Assembly: GCA_039715015.1 (NCBI GenBank)
Contig: JBDLIE010000006.1
Location: 1 to 64,000 of the forward strand
Direction of reading: 5' to 3'
Length of the DNA: 64,000 nt
From: Thermodesulfobacteriota bacterium
Lineage (GTDB): Bacteria; Desulfobacterota; Desulfobulbia; Desulfobulbales; SURF-16
Below, one piece after another: positions 10,065 through 19,530 of this stretch. The notes under the pieces were generated by a model. The model did no database searches and had not been told where the DNA came from. It worked only from the letters and a program-made list of their open reading frames with translations. The position numbers were made by a program, and so were the translations under genes. Each line of letters starts with the position of its first letter. Within the stretch, counting starts at the first letter, position 1.

Positions 10065-11174
10065 TCAGGCATTGCCTCTATCTTTCATGGCAATCTGGTG
10101 CTTTTTGGCAAAATCCATCATCCGCTGGATGGGAATCACCGCCTTCATGCGGATCTCTTCATCAATGGTGATTTCATCGGTGCCAGACTCCAACACTTGG
10201 GCCAGGTTACGCAGTCCATTCATCGCCATCCAGGGGCAGCGCAGGCAACTCTCACAGCTGCCACCAGCGCCGCCAGTGGGTGCCTCAAGAAAGGTCTTGT
10301 CCGGTGAGCCCTGCTTCATCTTGTAAAAAATACCAGGTTCGGTGGCAACAATGAACTCGTTGACCTCAGGATTCAAGGTGGCCTTGATCAAGCCGGTGGT
10401 GGAGCCAACCACATCAGCCAGATCAACCACCTCTGCCGGGGATTCGGGGTGGACCAGAACCTGGGCATTGGGATACTCTTTTTTAAGTCTCCTGATCCCC
10501 TCGGCCCTAAATTTCTCGTGAACCACACAACTGCCCGGCCAGATCAACATTTCCACCCCGGTCTTGCTCTGCACATAGGAGCCAAGATGGCGATCCGGGG
10601 CCCAAAGAATTTTCTCATTTCGGCTGGCCAGGTACTCGACAATGGGCAGGGCAATGCCGGAGGTCACCACCCAGTCTGCCCTGGCCTTGACCGCTGCACT
10701 GGTATTGGCATAGACCACGCTGGTGTAATCCGGATGGGCATCACAAAACTCGGCGAAAAGCTCTGCCGGGCATTCCAGATCCAAGGAGCAGGTGGCCCGG
10801 GCATCAGGCATCAGCACCCTTTTTTCCGGGTTAAGTATCTTGGCAGTCTCCCCCATAAAACGGACCCCGGCCACAATTAAGGTAGAAGCTGGATGTTCAT
10901 TACCAAAACGGGCCATCTCCAGGGAGTCGGCCACATAACCGCCGGTCTCCTCAGCCAACTGCTGCAGATCAAAGGCGGTATAATAATGGGCAACCAACAC
11001 CGCATCCTGCTCCTGCAAGCGCTGTTTAATGCTTTCAAGCAAAGCCTCACGTTCACCAGGCGCAAATTCAGCACCCTGACAAACCGCCTCGGCCCGGGCC
11101 TGATCAAGCTGAACCTCATCAATAGTGGGTATGGTCGGAAACGGGACAGGAGGATTCTTTGCATTTGCTGTCAT
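10065..11174 (-). CDS. nadA: quinolinate synthase
   Basis: [35 protein letters not shown] and CPWM motifs. Confidence 0.95.
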   Translation of the reverse strand: MTANAKNPPVPFPTIPTIDEVQLDQARAEAVCQGAEFAPGEREALLESIKQRLQEQDAVLVAHYYTAFDLQQLAEETGGYVADSLEMARFGNEHPASTLIVAGVRFMGETAKILNPEKRVLMPDARATCSLDLECPAELFAEFCDAHPDYTSVVYANTSAAVKARADWVVTSGIALPIVEYLASRNEKILWAPDRHLGSYVQSKTGVEMLIWPGSCVVHEKFRAEGIRRLKKEYPNAQVLVHPESPAEVVDLADVVGSTTGLIKATLNPEVNEFIVATEPGIFYKMKQGSPDKTFLEAPTGGAGGSCESCLRCPWMAMNGLRNLAQVLESGTDEITIDEEIRMKAVIPIQRMMDFAKKHQIAMKDRGNA

Positions 11175-11354
11175 AATCTTTCCTCAAAAAATTTTTAAGC
11201 AAAGTATGTATGTATAATGGCACGGGAGCATCGCTTCGTGCAACAAAGCTTTCACTCTTCTTTTTCGCCGGCACAAACAAACAAAAGGATGTTCGGAGCT
11301 AGAAAGTTAACATTGTGACTAATTTCCCACTCCACTCTAATCCGTGATAAACCA

Positions 11355-11392
11355 AAAAAAAGGGGTCCTGCCGTCACCGGCAGGACCCCTTT
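11355..11392 (-). terminator. terminator of the glutamate synthase operon
   Basis: AAAAAAAGGGGTCCTGCCG-TCAC-CGGCAGGACCCCTTT. Confidence 0.88.
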
Positions 11393-11424
11393 GATTCAAA
11401 CTCCGTTAAAAAATGAAGCGGTAA

Positions 11425-13758
11425 TTAAAACGGTTGCATCACCCAGATACCACAAGGACAGGTATCGGAGCAGAAGCCGCAGGCAATACATTTGTCATCA
11501 TCGGAGACGTACTGGAAGGTACCGTCGGGCAGCTTCTCACGAGTGATGGCCTGGGTCGGACAGATGGTCTCGCAGAGGTGGCAGTCGCGGCAGGTACCGC
11601 AGCTCATACAACGCTCCGCCTCAGTACTCTCGGAAACACCACATTGTTCAGGGACATAATGGGCATGGGTCAGGCTGGCTTGAGGGATAAGATCCTTGGC
11701 AAAGCCATGCCATTCCTCCCCCTTGAACTCAGCCAACAGGGCCTCTGCCGTATTCTTACCGGCACCAAGGGCATTGGTAGCAAGACCGGGACGCTCCACG
11801 TCACCAATGGCAGAGATCTTAGGATCAGAGGTGCGGCCGGCAGCATTACACTTGACCCAGGCAGCACCACCCACGGTGACAACCTCCACAGAGTCGGGCA
11901 GAAACTTCAGGGCCGGGACATCACCAATGGAGATGATCACGGTCTGGGCCGGAATGAGCTGACCAGCAGCGTCCACCAGGCCTTCCTCGGTGACTTCCTT
12001 GGTCTGCACCGGCCATTTGAACTTGGCGCCCAAGGCCTCGGCAGCAGCTTTCTCCTTACCAAAGGCAAGGGGCTTCTGGATATCCACCAGGGTCACCTGC
12101 TCGGCTCCCAGCTTGTAGGCATCGCAGGCCACGTCACAGCCAACATTACCGGCACCGATGATCACCACTTCCTTACCTACCTTGGAAGGATTATCGCTCT
12201 TGGCATCTTTCAGGAAATCAAGGGCAGGGATCACTGATTCATGACCTGGGAAGGGGATGGTGCGCGGCTGGTGGGTACCGACTGCGACGATCACGTGGTC
12301 ATAGTCCTTCTTCAGCTCGGCAAACTTCTCCTTGGTCATGGCAACCTCGAAATTAACCTTGATATTCGGCACTTTCATGAAGCGGTCAATCTCAGCGTCC
12401 CAGATGGCCTGCGGCATCCGCTCCCAGGGGATAACCTGGGCCAGCTTGCCGCCGAGCTTGGTATCTTTTTCAAAGATATGGGCCTCAATACCGGCTTGGG
12501 CCAAGTGCCAGGCGGCGTTCATACCAGCAGGACCACCACCGATAATGGCCACCTTTTTGCCGGTGGCCTCAGCCTGGGCAGGCGATTTGGCATCCTTGGC
12601 AGCCCGACCAAGCATCTGAACATCAATCTTCTCATCCACCGTCTGACGCGAACAATTCTGCATACAGAGATTGGGGCAGATATGACCACAGATAGAGGCG
12701 GGCAGCGGCGTGTAGTCCATCAACATCTCATACGCCTCTTCCGCCTTACCCTCCCGCATCAAACGGAGGCGGTCAATGGTGGGGATATGGACCGGGCAGT
12801 AATAGGAGCAGGGCGCAGCCTTGTCGCGGTTGGCCCAAAAGGGCTTCTTGCGGCGCAGATCACCACTCTCAACCATGCCGATCACCGAACGATCCAGGCC
12901 AGGGGCCAGATCGCGGATGGGGTCGCCACCGCCGAAACCAGGATTCCAGACGGTGCGTTTAAACTCCTCCATGGACATGGGGCTGGTCTTCATCAGGGCC
13001 CTTTCCTGGGGAGGAATGGCATCGAGCATGGACCACTGATCACGCTTGGAGAGTTCATCAAGCAATTCCGGGCGACCGATCTCGTTTAGATAGTTGGGGA
13101 GGCGGTCCAGCAGCCACTGCCACTGCTCATCATCTGGTAAAACCGCCTTGACATTGATCTGGGAGTAAGAACCGTCGATCTTGCCGCGGTAATAGATGGA
13201 ACCGCCAACCATACCGACGCAGGGCCGGTAGCCCAGAACATTGTCGGGATTCTTGGCGTCCACACCGCAGACCACGGCGATACCGCCGCAGTTAAACTCG
13301 GCAAAGGAGTCACCGCAGGAACCAAGAACCCAGAGCTCCGGCTTCTTATATTCAGGGTTCCACTTGGTCATGGTCAGGCCGCGGGCGCCGATGGAACCGC
13401 CGATATAGACCTTGCCCTCGGCCATGGCGTTACAGATACCGTTGGTGGCCTCACCCTTAACGGTGATATCCGCACCAATATTCAACCAGCCGACATCATC
13501 GGAGGCCGGGCCGTTGCAGACGATCTTGGTGCCGGGCATACCCATGCAGCCCAGCCGCTGACCGCAGGGACCGTTGATCTCAATATTAACCGGCTCGCCG
13601 CCTGACTTGAGGCGGCCGCCGACATTATGCTGACCATAGGTTTCAAGAACCAGGTCATGGGACTTGGTGAAGGCCTCCTGCACCAGATTTTCAAAATTCT
13701 GGGTGCTGATCCGCTGGCCGTTTTCATCCAGTCCTTTTACAGTTATTTTCGTACTCAT
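11425..13758 (-). CDS. glutamate synthase subunit: GltB C-terminal (GXGXG) domain fused to a GltD-like FAD/NAD(P) oxidoreductase and ferredoxin
   Basis: N-terminal Gly-rich beta-helix; CP...CGHICPNLC cluster; IGGGPAG and IGAGNVG.D; two C-terminal CxxCxxCxxxC. Confidence 0.88.
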   Translation of the reverse strand: MSTKITVKGLDENGQRISTQNFENLVQEAFTKSHDLVLETYGQHNVGGRLKSGGEPVNIEINGPCGQRLGCMGMPGTKIVCNGPASDDVGWLNIGADITVKGEATNGICNAMAEGKVYIGGSIGARGLTMTKWNPEYKKPELWVLGSCGDSFAEFNCGGIAVVCGVDAKNPDNVLGYRPCVGMVGGSIYYRGKIDGSYSQINVKAVLPDDEQWQWLLDRLPNYLNEIGRPELLDELSKRDQWSMLDAIPPQERALMKTSPMSMEEFKRTVWNPGFGGGDPIRDLAPGLDRSVIGMVESGDLRRKKPFWANRDKAAPCSYYCPVHIPTIDRLRLMREGKAEEAYEMLMDYTPLPASICGHICPNLCMQNCSRQTVDEKIDVQMLGRAAKDAKSPAQAEATGKKVAIIGGGPAGMNAAWHLAQAGIEAHIFEKDTKLGGKLAQVIPWERMPQAIWDAEIDRFMKVPNIKVNFEVAMTKEKFAELKKDYDHVIVAVGTHQPRTIPFPGHESVIPALDFLKDAKSDNPSKVGKEVVIIGAGNVGCDVACDAYKLGAEQVTLVDIQKPLAFGKEKAAAEALGAKFKWPVQTKEVTEEGLVDAAGQLIPAQTVIISIGDVPALKFLPDSVEVVTVGGAAWVKCNAAGRTSDPKISAIGDVERPGLATNALGAGKNTAEALLAEFKGEEWHGFAKDLIPQASLTHAHYVPEQCGVSESTEAERCMSCGTCRDCHLCETICPTQAITREKLPDGTFQYVSDDDKCIACGFCSDTCPCGIWVMQPF

Positions 13759-13773
13759 TGTATATTACCTAAA

Positions 13774-13810
13774 TTTACGGTTTCCAGTTTACAGTTTCCG
13801 GTTAACGGTT
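13774..13810. repeat. left arm: tandem heptamers forming an inverted repeat with 14155-14184
   Basis: TTTACGG TTTCCAG TTTACAG TTTCCGG TTAACGG TT; 13787-13810 is the exact reverse complement of 14155-14178. Confidence 0.95.
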
Positions 13811-14152
13811 CAACGAATTCACCAATGATTGCAGCATGCGAGTAATTGCCTTCACCTCGTCTATCCACTTTTGGGCCACATCATCACTAATTGTTTTTGA
13901 TTCCCTGGCAATATAGAGCTGTGTTCTTAACTCTGCGGCAGAACCTAGGGCGATATACAAAAAACGACTGAAATCTTTAGCTGTATTTCGCTCTGATCCC
14001 TCGGCAATATTACTAGGGATAGAAACGGCTGAACGAATCATCTGATCTCGCAGAGCATAGACCTTGCACTTAGATACCCCCTGAGTAAGAGCAACTGCAA
14101 GTCGACACGCTGCTTTCCAGACATCCAGATCTTCAAACGATCTACTCATCAT
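13802..14152 (-). CDS. four-helix-bundle protein (23S rRNA intervening-sequence protein family, Avd-like fold)
   Basis: SFEDLDVWK, DQMIRSAVSIPSNIAEG, RFLYIALGSAAELRTQL family motifs; 116 aa. Confidence 0.92.
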   Translation of the reverse strand: MMSRSFEDLDVWKAACRLAVALTQGVSKCKVYALRDQMIRSAVSIPSNIAEGSERNTAKDFSRFLYIALGSAAELRTQLYIARESKTISDDVAQKWIDEVKAITRMLQSLVNSLNR

Positions 14153-14154
14153 TC

Positions 14155-14184
14155 AACCGTTAACCGGAAACTGTAAACCGTCAA
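14155..14184. repeat. right arm: tandem heptamers, inverted relative to 13774-13810
   Basis: AA CCGTTAA CCGGAAA CTGTAAA CCGTCAA. Confidence 0.95.
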
Positions 14185-14197
14185 CCTCCTTCCTTAT

Positions 14198-15835
14198 CTA
14201 ACAAACATATCTAATATTCAGGCGATCAGCCGCGTCCTTATCAGCAATACCCAGGGCATCAGACATTCCAATGGGCAGACTCTGAGAGCGGCCCAGGGGC
14301 GCCATGGTCTTCTTGACCTCGATCTGGATGGCCTGGAAGGTCTCCACCACACGCTGGGCCACATCATCGGGATCAAGGCGGCGGTAGATCTTGGCGTTCT
14401 GGCTGGTAATTCCCTTGGGGCAGATACCAACGTTACAGACGTTACAGCGATTCCGTTCAGAACCAAGACAACCGGCCGCTGACTGCATGATGAACTTGCC
14501 CATGTGGACACCGGAGGCACCCAGCATGATAAGGGCCAAGGCATTCTGGACCACGTTGCCGTTCTTACCGACACCGCCGGCCGCAAAGATGGGAATCTCA
14601 TTCTGCTTGCCCTGCTTACAGAGATCAAGGTAGCAATCGCGGACATTGGAGGCGATGGGGTGGCCGGTGGCATTCAGAGAAATGTCATAGGCCGCGCCCG
14701 TTCCACCGTCAATACCGTCGATCATCAGCGCTGAGGCATAGGGATTACGGACAAGATTGTTCAACACTGACTTGGCTGAGGTGGACCCGGAGATCTTCGG
14801 ATAGACCGGTACTTTGAAGTTCCAGGCCATGGACATGGACTGGATCATCTTCATTACAGATTCCTCAATGGAATACAAGGTCTGATGAACCGGCGGGCTG
14901 GGCAGATCAACACCCTCAGGCACACCGCGCAGACGGGCGATGAGCTTGGAGACCTTGAACCACTGGAGCAGACCGCCGTCGCCGGGCTTGGCACCCTGGC
15001 CATACTTGATCTCAATGGCGGCCGGATCGCATTGCATCTCGGGAATGGCGCGGATGATCTCATCCCAGCCAAAATATCCGGAAGCGACCTGGAGAATGAT
15101 ATATTTCAGAAAGGGGCTCCTCAGTACCCAGGGAGGACAACCGCCCTCGCCGGTGGCCATGACCACCGGAATACCGAGCACCTCATTACAATAGGCCACC
15201 CCCTGAAGGAGACCGAGCCACATATTAGGTGACAGAGCGCCAAAGGACATGGAACCGATGATAAAGGGGAAGATCTCCCGCACCGGCGGAATCCACTCAC
15301 CGCTCAGCTTACGCTTTACATACTCCTCAGGGGGGAGGACGCGGCCAAGCAGGGTGTTATAAGAAAACTCATGACGACCGGCATCAAGGGCCGGATCGGT
15401 GAGCATGGAGATCCGGTTAAAGACGATGCGGTCAAGCAGGCTGCCACCCGGCTCGTTGCGGCGACCACCGCGCTTGGCGGCATCACCGCCAGCCGTGGCC
15501 TGAAAACGGTAACGGTCGCTATCATTAAAGCTCGGGGCAATGGCCTCGTTGGGGCAGACCATGGCGCAGGAACCGCAGCCGATGCAACGCCGGCCGACAT
15601 CGGTGTTCTGACGGATGCCGACAAAGGTTTTGTATGAGCTTCCCCGTTCCGAGGAGCTTAAAACTATCTTAGGCATGCGCTTGCGCATGTAGGTTAATTT
15701 AAGGGTATTCACCGGACAGACAGCCGCGCATTTCCCACAGAGGGTGCAGCGGTCTTCGCGGTGATTAATAATCCACGGCAGGTCGTTGGGACTTAAGCTG
15801 CCTGGTTGAGAGGAAATTGATCGAATTGAGACCAT
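14198..15835 (-). CDS. glutamate synthase FMN-binding (synthase) subunit with N-terminal ferredoxin
   Basis: CTLCGKC...CP and CIGCGSC...CP; GSMSFGALS, TGEGG, QVASG.FG, EIKYGQGAKPGDGG, GGTGAA; C-x7-C-x2-C-x4-CP. Confidence 0.9.
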   Translation of the reverse strand: MVSIRSISSQPGSLSPNDLPWIINHREDRCTLCGKCAAVCPVNTLKLTYMRKRMPKIVLSSSERGSSYKTFVGIRQNTDVGRRCIGCGSCAMVCPNEAIAPSFNDSDRYRFQATAGGDAAKRGGRRNEPGGSLLDRIVFNRISMLTDPALDAGRHEFSYNTLLGRVLPPEEYVKRKLSGEWIPPVREIFPFIIGSMSFGALSPNMWLGLLQGVAYCNEVLGIPVVMATGEGGCPPWVLRSPFLKYIILQVASGYFGWDEIIRAIPEMQCDPAAIEIKYGQGAKPGDGGLLQWFKVSKLIARLRGVPEGVDLPSPPVHQTLYSIEESVMKMIQSMSMAWNFKVPVYPKISGSTSAKSVLNNLVRNPYASALMIDGIDGGTGAAYDISLNATGHPIASNVRDCYLDLCKQGKQNEIPIFAAGGVGKNGNVVQNALALIMLGASGVHMGKFIMQSAAGCLGSERNRCNVCNVGICPKGITSQNAKIYRRLDPDDVAQRVVETFQAIQIEVKKTMAPLGRSQSLPIGMSDALGIADKDAADRLNIRYVC

Positions 15836-16935
15836 ATCTCTAACTCCTGTCTATCTGGAGGAATAATAACTGTGTGTTCACGCATGGGCTGGAAGTCTTT
15901 GGAAGGGTCCCGGTCCGGGATCATGGCATCCACCCCGCATATCTCAGAGGCCACGGCCCACTCGCCAGGCTTACCGCCAATGGTGGCCGGACGCAGCTTC
16001 TTGGCATCCATGGTCAAAAGGCAGGTCTCGTCGGGCAGGGAGCCGATGATGGCGTTGGGGCCATCAATAATAAGACGACGGCAGACATCACGCAGGCCAC
16101 GCAGGAAATCGCCCTGGGGATGGTCAGCCAGCTCCTTGTTTTGCAGCGGTGTCATCACATGCTTATAGGCCTGGAGGGGCAGCTTGAGCTGCTTGGTAAC
16201 GTAATGGAGGATATGGGCAAAGACCTCGGAATCTGATTGATAGCCCATATAACCGGGGAAACCCTTGCCGGACAGCCAGTCCTTAATCGGTACAAAGGCG
16301 GTATTCTCACCATTGGTCATGGTGGCCACACCTTCAATGAAGAAGGGGTGACAGGCGTAGAGGTTGATACCGTAGTTGGTGTTCTGACGGCCCTGGGCAA
16401 AACAGATGCGCGACTTGACCCGGTCGTTATTAAGGCCAAAGGCCTGACCGATTTCCAGGGGCCAACCAACCTCTTTGATCATGGCCACATCAGGCCACAG
16501 CGAGAAGGCGGTGAGGTCGGCGCCATGCTCCTCGCCATCCTTGCGGATACCGAGACGGGTCAACATCAACTCATGGCCCACCTCATCTTCGGAAAGAGAG
16601 TCCCAGGCCTTGGGCTGTTTATAGACGCGGAGAACATATTTATGGCGGTCTTTTGCCTCGATCATCGAGCGTTTCACCTCAAACTCATGATCATACTTCA
16701 ATTCAAAACCCTTGCTGTCCATAATCTCGTTGAGACGATGGAGGGCCGCAGGGGTGTGGGCAATTCCCGATAGAATCGGGTCCCCGGCCTTGTACTTGTA
16801 ATCTGAAAATTCCAGACCACGAAGCAATAAGCCGAGACCGCTGCCGTCATATCCCTCCTGCATGGACTCCATACCTTCCAAGACAGTAAAGGGAGAAAAC
16901 GCCTCACTCGCGGTTTTCATAGCTAACCGGCACAT
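15793..16935 (-). CDS. glutamate synthase amidotransferase subunit (class II GATase)
   Basis: N-terminal MC nucleophile; QGRQNTN, CHPF, NGE, SDSE and DGP motifs; AAGGAG SD. Confidence 0.9.
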   Translation of the reverse strand: MCRLAMKTASEAFSPFTVLEGMESMQEGYDGSGLGLLLRGLEFSDYKYKAGDPILSGIAHTPAALHRLNEIMDSKGFELKYDHEFEVKRSMIEAKDRHKYVLRVYKQPKAWDSLSEDEVGHELMLTRLGIRKDGEEHGADLTAFSLWPDVAMIKEVGWPLEIGQAFGLNNDRVKSRICFAQGRQNTNYGINLYACHPFFIEGVATMTNGENTAFVPIKDWLSGKGFPGYMGYQSDSEVFAHILHYVTKQLKLPLQAYKHVMTPLQNKELADHPQGDFLRGLRDVCRRLIIDGPNAIIGSLPDETCLLTMDAKKLRPATIGGKPGEWAVASEICGVDAMIPDRDPSKDFQPMREHTVIIPPDRQELEIWSQFDQFPLNQAA

Positions 16936-17174
16936 GTGTTACTCCTTAAATATTAAATAGATAACGTTACAGCACTAAATACCGTGACGCATTTTAAAAA
17001 AATTACATTCTTGTAACCTTCAATTTCCACCCAAAAAGGGGAATTTGGCAACGGATTCAATTACTCCACTAGACTACAATTGTCAAGGACTCAGCTGATA
17101 TTTGCACAGTAGAAAATTAAACCAAAAACTCCTCTCAAACGAACTGGTCGCCACATACAGAGAGTCTTGCCAAT

Positions 17175-17220
17175 AAAAAAAGGAGAAGGCCGTAATATCG
17201 ACGCTTCTCCCTTCTTTTTT
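17175..17220. terminator. probable terminator hairpin
   Basis: AAAAAAAGGAGAAG...CTTCTCCCTTCTTTTTT. Confidence 0.6.
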
Positions 17221-17352
17221 GTTCCCTAAACAGCTTACGGGGTAGGGCTCAGCAGCTTACAAACTTGAAAAGGTGATCTTTCAGCTCACCCCTGTGACAT
17301 GGTCAGAGGGCAGCCCAAGGGCTGCCAGAATAATTCGCTGTGTAAAATCCAG

Positions 17353-17811
17353 CTACTTGTCACTCTGCACAATAACTCCAATCAGATCGGCCTTGCCGAT
17401 CACCCCAACCAATTTACCGTCTTTAAGCACAGGCAGAGTGTGCACCCCCTTTTCAGAAATAAGGCTGGCGATTTCTTCAAGGCTGGCATCGTCTTCCACG
17501 GTAAAAAGCTGCTCTGAGCAAACGTCACGAACCTGGGAGCCGGTCATCTTTTTAATCTCCTTTTCAAAGGTCGCAGCGCTGTCAAGAAAGATGACGGAGT
17601 CAAGAAAAGAAACCATGGTGGGGATATGAAGCTTCTTATTTTGGTCAATGAGATCGTTTTCTGTGACCACCCCGACAACCTGGCCCTCATCATCAACCAC
17701 AGGCACGCCGCCAATCTTATTAGTATAAAGGAGAGTGGCGAGCTCTTTTACCGGCATATCTGGATGGGCAACCTTTACCTCGGATGTCATAATTTCCTTG
17801 GCTGTAATCAT
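17353..17811 (-). CDS. CBS-domain pair protein
   Basis: AKEIMT, GVPVVD, GVVTENDL, LPVL...GVIGKADL. Confidence 0.92.
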   Translation of the reverse strand: MITAKEIMTSEVKVAHPDMPVKELATLLYTNKIGGVPVVDDEGQVVGVVTENDLIDQNKKLHIPTMVSFLDSVIFLDSAATFEKEIKKMTGSQVRDVCSEQLFTVEDDASLEEIASLISEKGVHTLPVLKDGKLVGVIGKADLIGVIVQSDK

Positions 17812-18132
17812 TATATTTTTCTCCTATATTTTTTTTATTACCTCTTAATTCATCATAGCAGAAAATCCTCCACCGCAAATCTTTTCCGACATGGCTTTGA
17901 CAACACGAAAAAAGAGAACAAGCAGTACGCCTGAAATGCCCCGTATCACTCAGAAAACCCAAGCCCCACAACGACCATTTCTCCTTGACAAAAAAAAACA
18001 AACCAGTTAGGGAATCTTGTTCCAGAGAGGTAGAAAAATGCTTTTATTTTGAGACGTCCATTGTCCCATAAATAAAGCACTCCGTAACGCAAATTATGTC
18101 GCCAAAACTGGCAAGAATATCAAGTACCTATC

Positions 18133-19452
18133 ATGACATCTTTATTGACATTCCCTAAGGGCGGCGTCCATCCCCCGGAATCAAAAAAACTCACCGCAGG
18201 TCTAGCTATTGAGGTGATGCCGGTTCCCGATGAACTTGAAATTATTCTGGGTCAGCATATAGGCGCGCCCTGCACCCCCACCGTTGAAAAGCGGGCGGAG
18301 ATCCAGGAAGGCGACCAGATCGGCGAGGTCAAAAAAGGCCTGGGAGTACCCCTTCATGCCCCAATGGCCGGCAAGGTCAAAGCCTTTGGCATGTCTGCCC
18401 ACCCCATGCGGGTATCTGCCCCTTCCATTACTATCCAGACAGATAAAGAGGCCCCGGCTCCGAGCTATTCAAAAATTGATTGGTCAAGCCTGAGCGCTGA
18501 TGAGCTTAAGGCCAAGGTCCATGGCGCCGGTATTATCGGCATCGGCGGTGCCGGTTTCCCCTCCCATGTCAAGCTCAGTCCGCCACCCAATAACCCCATT
18601 GACACCCTGATTTTAAACGGCGCCGAATGTGAGCCTTACATCACCGCAGACCACCGCCAGATGCTGGAAAGAAGTGCTGATATTGTTGAGGGTGCCAAGG
18701 TTATCCTGAAGATTCTCGGCATTAAGAATTGTTATATCGGCATTGAAAACAACAAGCCCGATGCCATTGCCGCCATGACCGAGGCCGCCAAGAACGGCTC
18801 CACCTCCGAGTTTTCCGTTACGGTGAAACCCCTGCAGGTTAAATACCCCCAGGGCTCGGAAAAACAGCTGATCCAATCCATCACTGGCCGCAAGGTTCCA
18901 GGCTTTGCCCTGCCTTCTGCGGTGGGGGTGGTTGTCCATAACGTCTCCACCACCGCCGCCATCTTCGATGCCGTGGTTATGGAGAAACCCCTTTATGAAA
19001 AGGTGGTGACCATCTCCGGCAAGGGTATCAAAAAACCCGCCAATCTCCTGGTTAAGGTGGGCACCAAAATCAGTGACATCGTCGAATACCTCGGCGGCGT
19101 TACTCCGGAGCTCTCGAAAATCATCATGGGTGGGCCCATGATGGGCTTTTCAGTTTCCAACCTTGATATCCCGGTGACCAAAACCACCTCGTCAGTGCTC
19201 TTTTTGGCCGAGGATGAAATTGACAGTAATCCCCACTCCCAGTGTATCCGCTGCGGCTGGTGCTTGGATGCCTGCCCCATGGGTCTTGAACCCAAAGAAA
19301 TCGGCATCCATGTCGAGGCCGGTCACCCTGAAGACACTAAACAGTTTGGTGTTTTTGAATGTTTTGAATGTGGCTGCTGCTCCTTTGTGTGCCCAGCCAA
19401 ACGACCGCTGGTCCAGTTTATCCGCCTGGCCAAGATGAAAGCAGCAAATTAG
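18133..19452 (+). CDS. rnfC: Rnf complex subunit C
   Basis: GGVHP, QHIGAP, GIGGAGFPSHVK, NGAECEPYITAD, YPQGSEK, GGPMMG; two 4Fe-4S motifs. Confidence 0.96.
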   Translation: MTSLLTFPKGGVHPPESKKLTAGLAIEVMPVPDELEIILGQHIGAPCTPTVEKRAEIQEGDQIGEVKKGLGVPLHAPMAGKVKAFGMSAHPMRVSAPSITIQTDKEAPAPSYSKIDWSSLSADELKAKVHGAGIIGIGGAGFPSHVKLSPPPNNPIDTLILNGAECEPYITADHRQMLERSADIVEGAKVILKILGIKNCYIGIENNKPDAIAAMTEAAKNGSTSEFSVTVKPLQVKYPQGSEKQLIQSITGRKVPGFALPSAVGVVVHNVSTTAAIFDAVVMEKPLYEKVVTISGKGIKKPANLLVKVGTKISDIVEYLGGVTPELSKIIMGGPMMGFSVSNLDIPVTKTTSSVLFLAEDEIDSNPHSQCIRCGWCLDACPMGLEPKEIGIHVEAGHPEDTKQFGVFECFECGCCSFVCPAKRPLVQFIRLAKMKAAN

Positions 19453-19530
19453 ATTTTCATTGTTTCAACAAATGCGTTTTTTTGTCCGCGACCAAAAAGC
19501 CATTTAAAAATAGTTTTAAGGAGAAAAACC

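Noticed and set aside
11313..11330. Rex-like operator upstream of nadA (TTGTGACTAATTTCCCAC)
   Set aside because: Three mismatches to TTGTGAA-N4-TTCACAA; too weak to support.
11434..13089. Long plus-strand ORFs (267 and 282 aa) and similar shadows such as 46241-47104 and 23593-24345
   Set aside because: Antisense shadows of well-supported genes, caused by codon bias.
13802..14152. Diversity-generating retroelement (the protein is Avd-like)
   Set aside because: No reverse transcriptase and no TR/VR repeat pair with adenine-specific mismatches seen in the window.
13774..14184. Classical IS element
   Set aside because: No transposase motifs and no target-site duplication recognised; the arms are tandem heptamers.
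19450..19452. Amber readthrough fusing RnfC to RnfD
   Set aside because: Same frame, but the spacer is AT-rich and non-coding-like and contains its own strong SD; no pyrrolysine genes in view.
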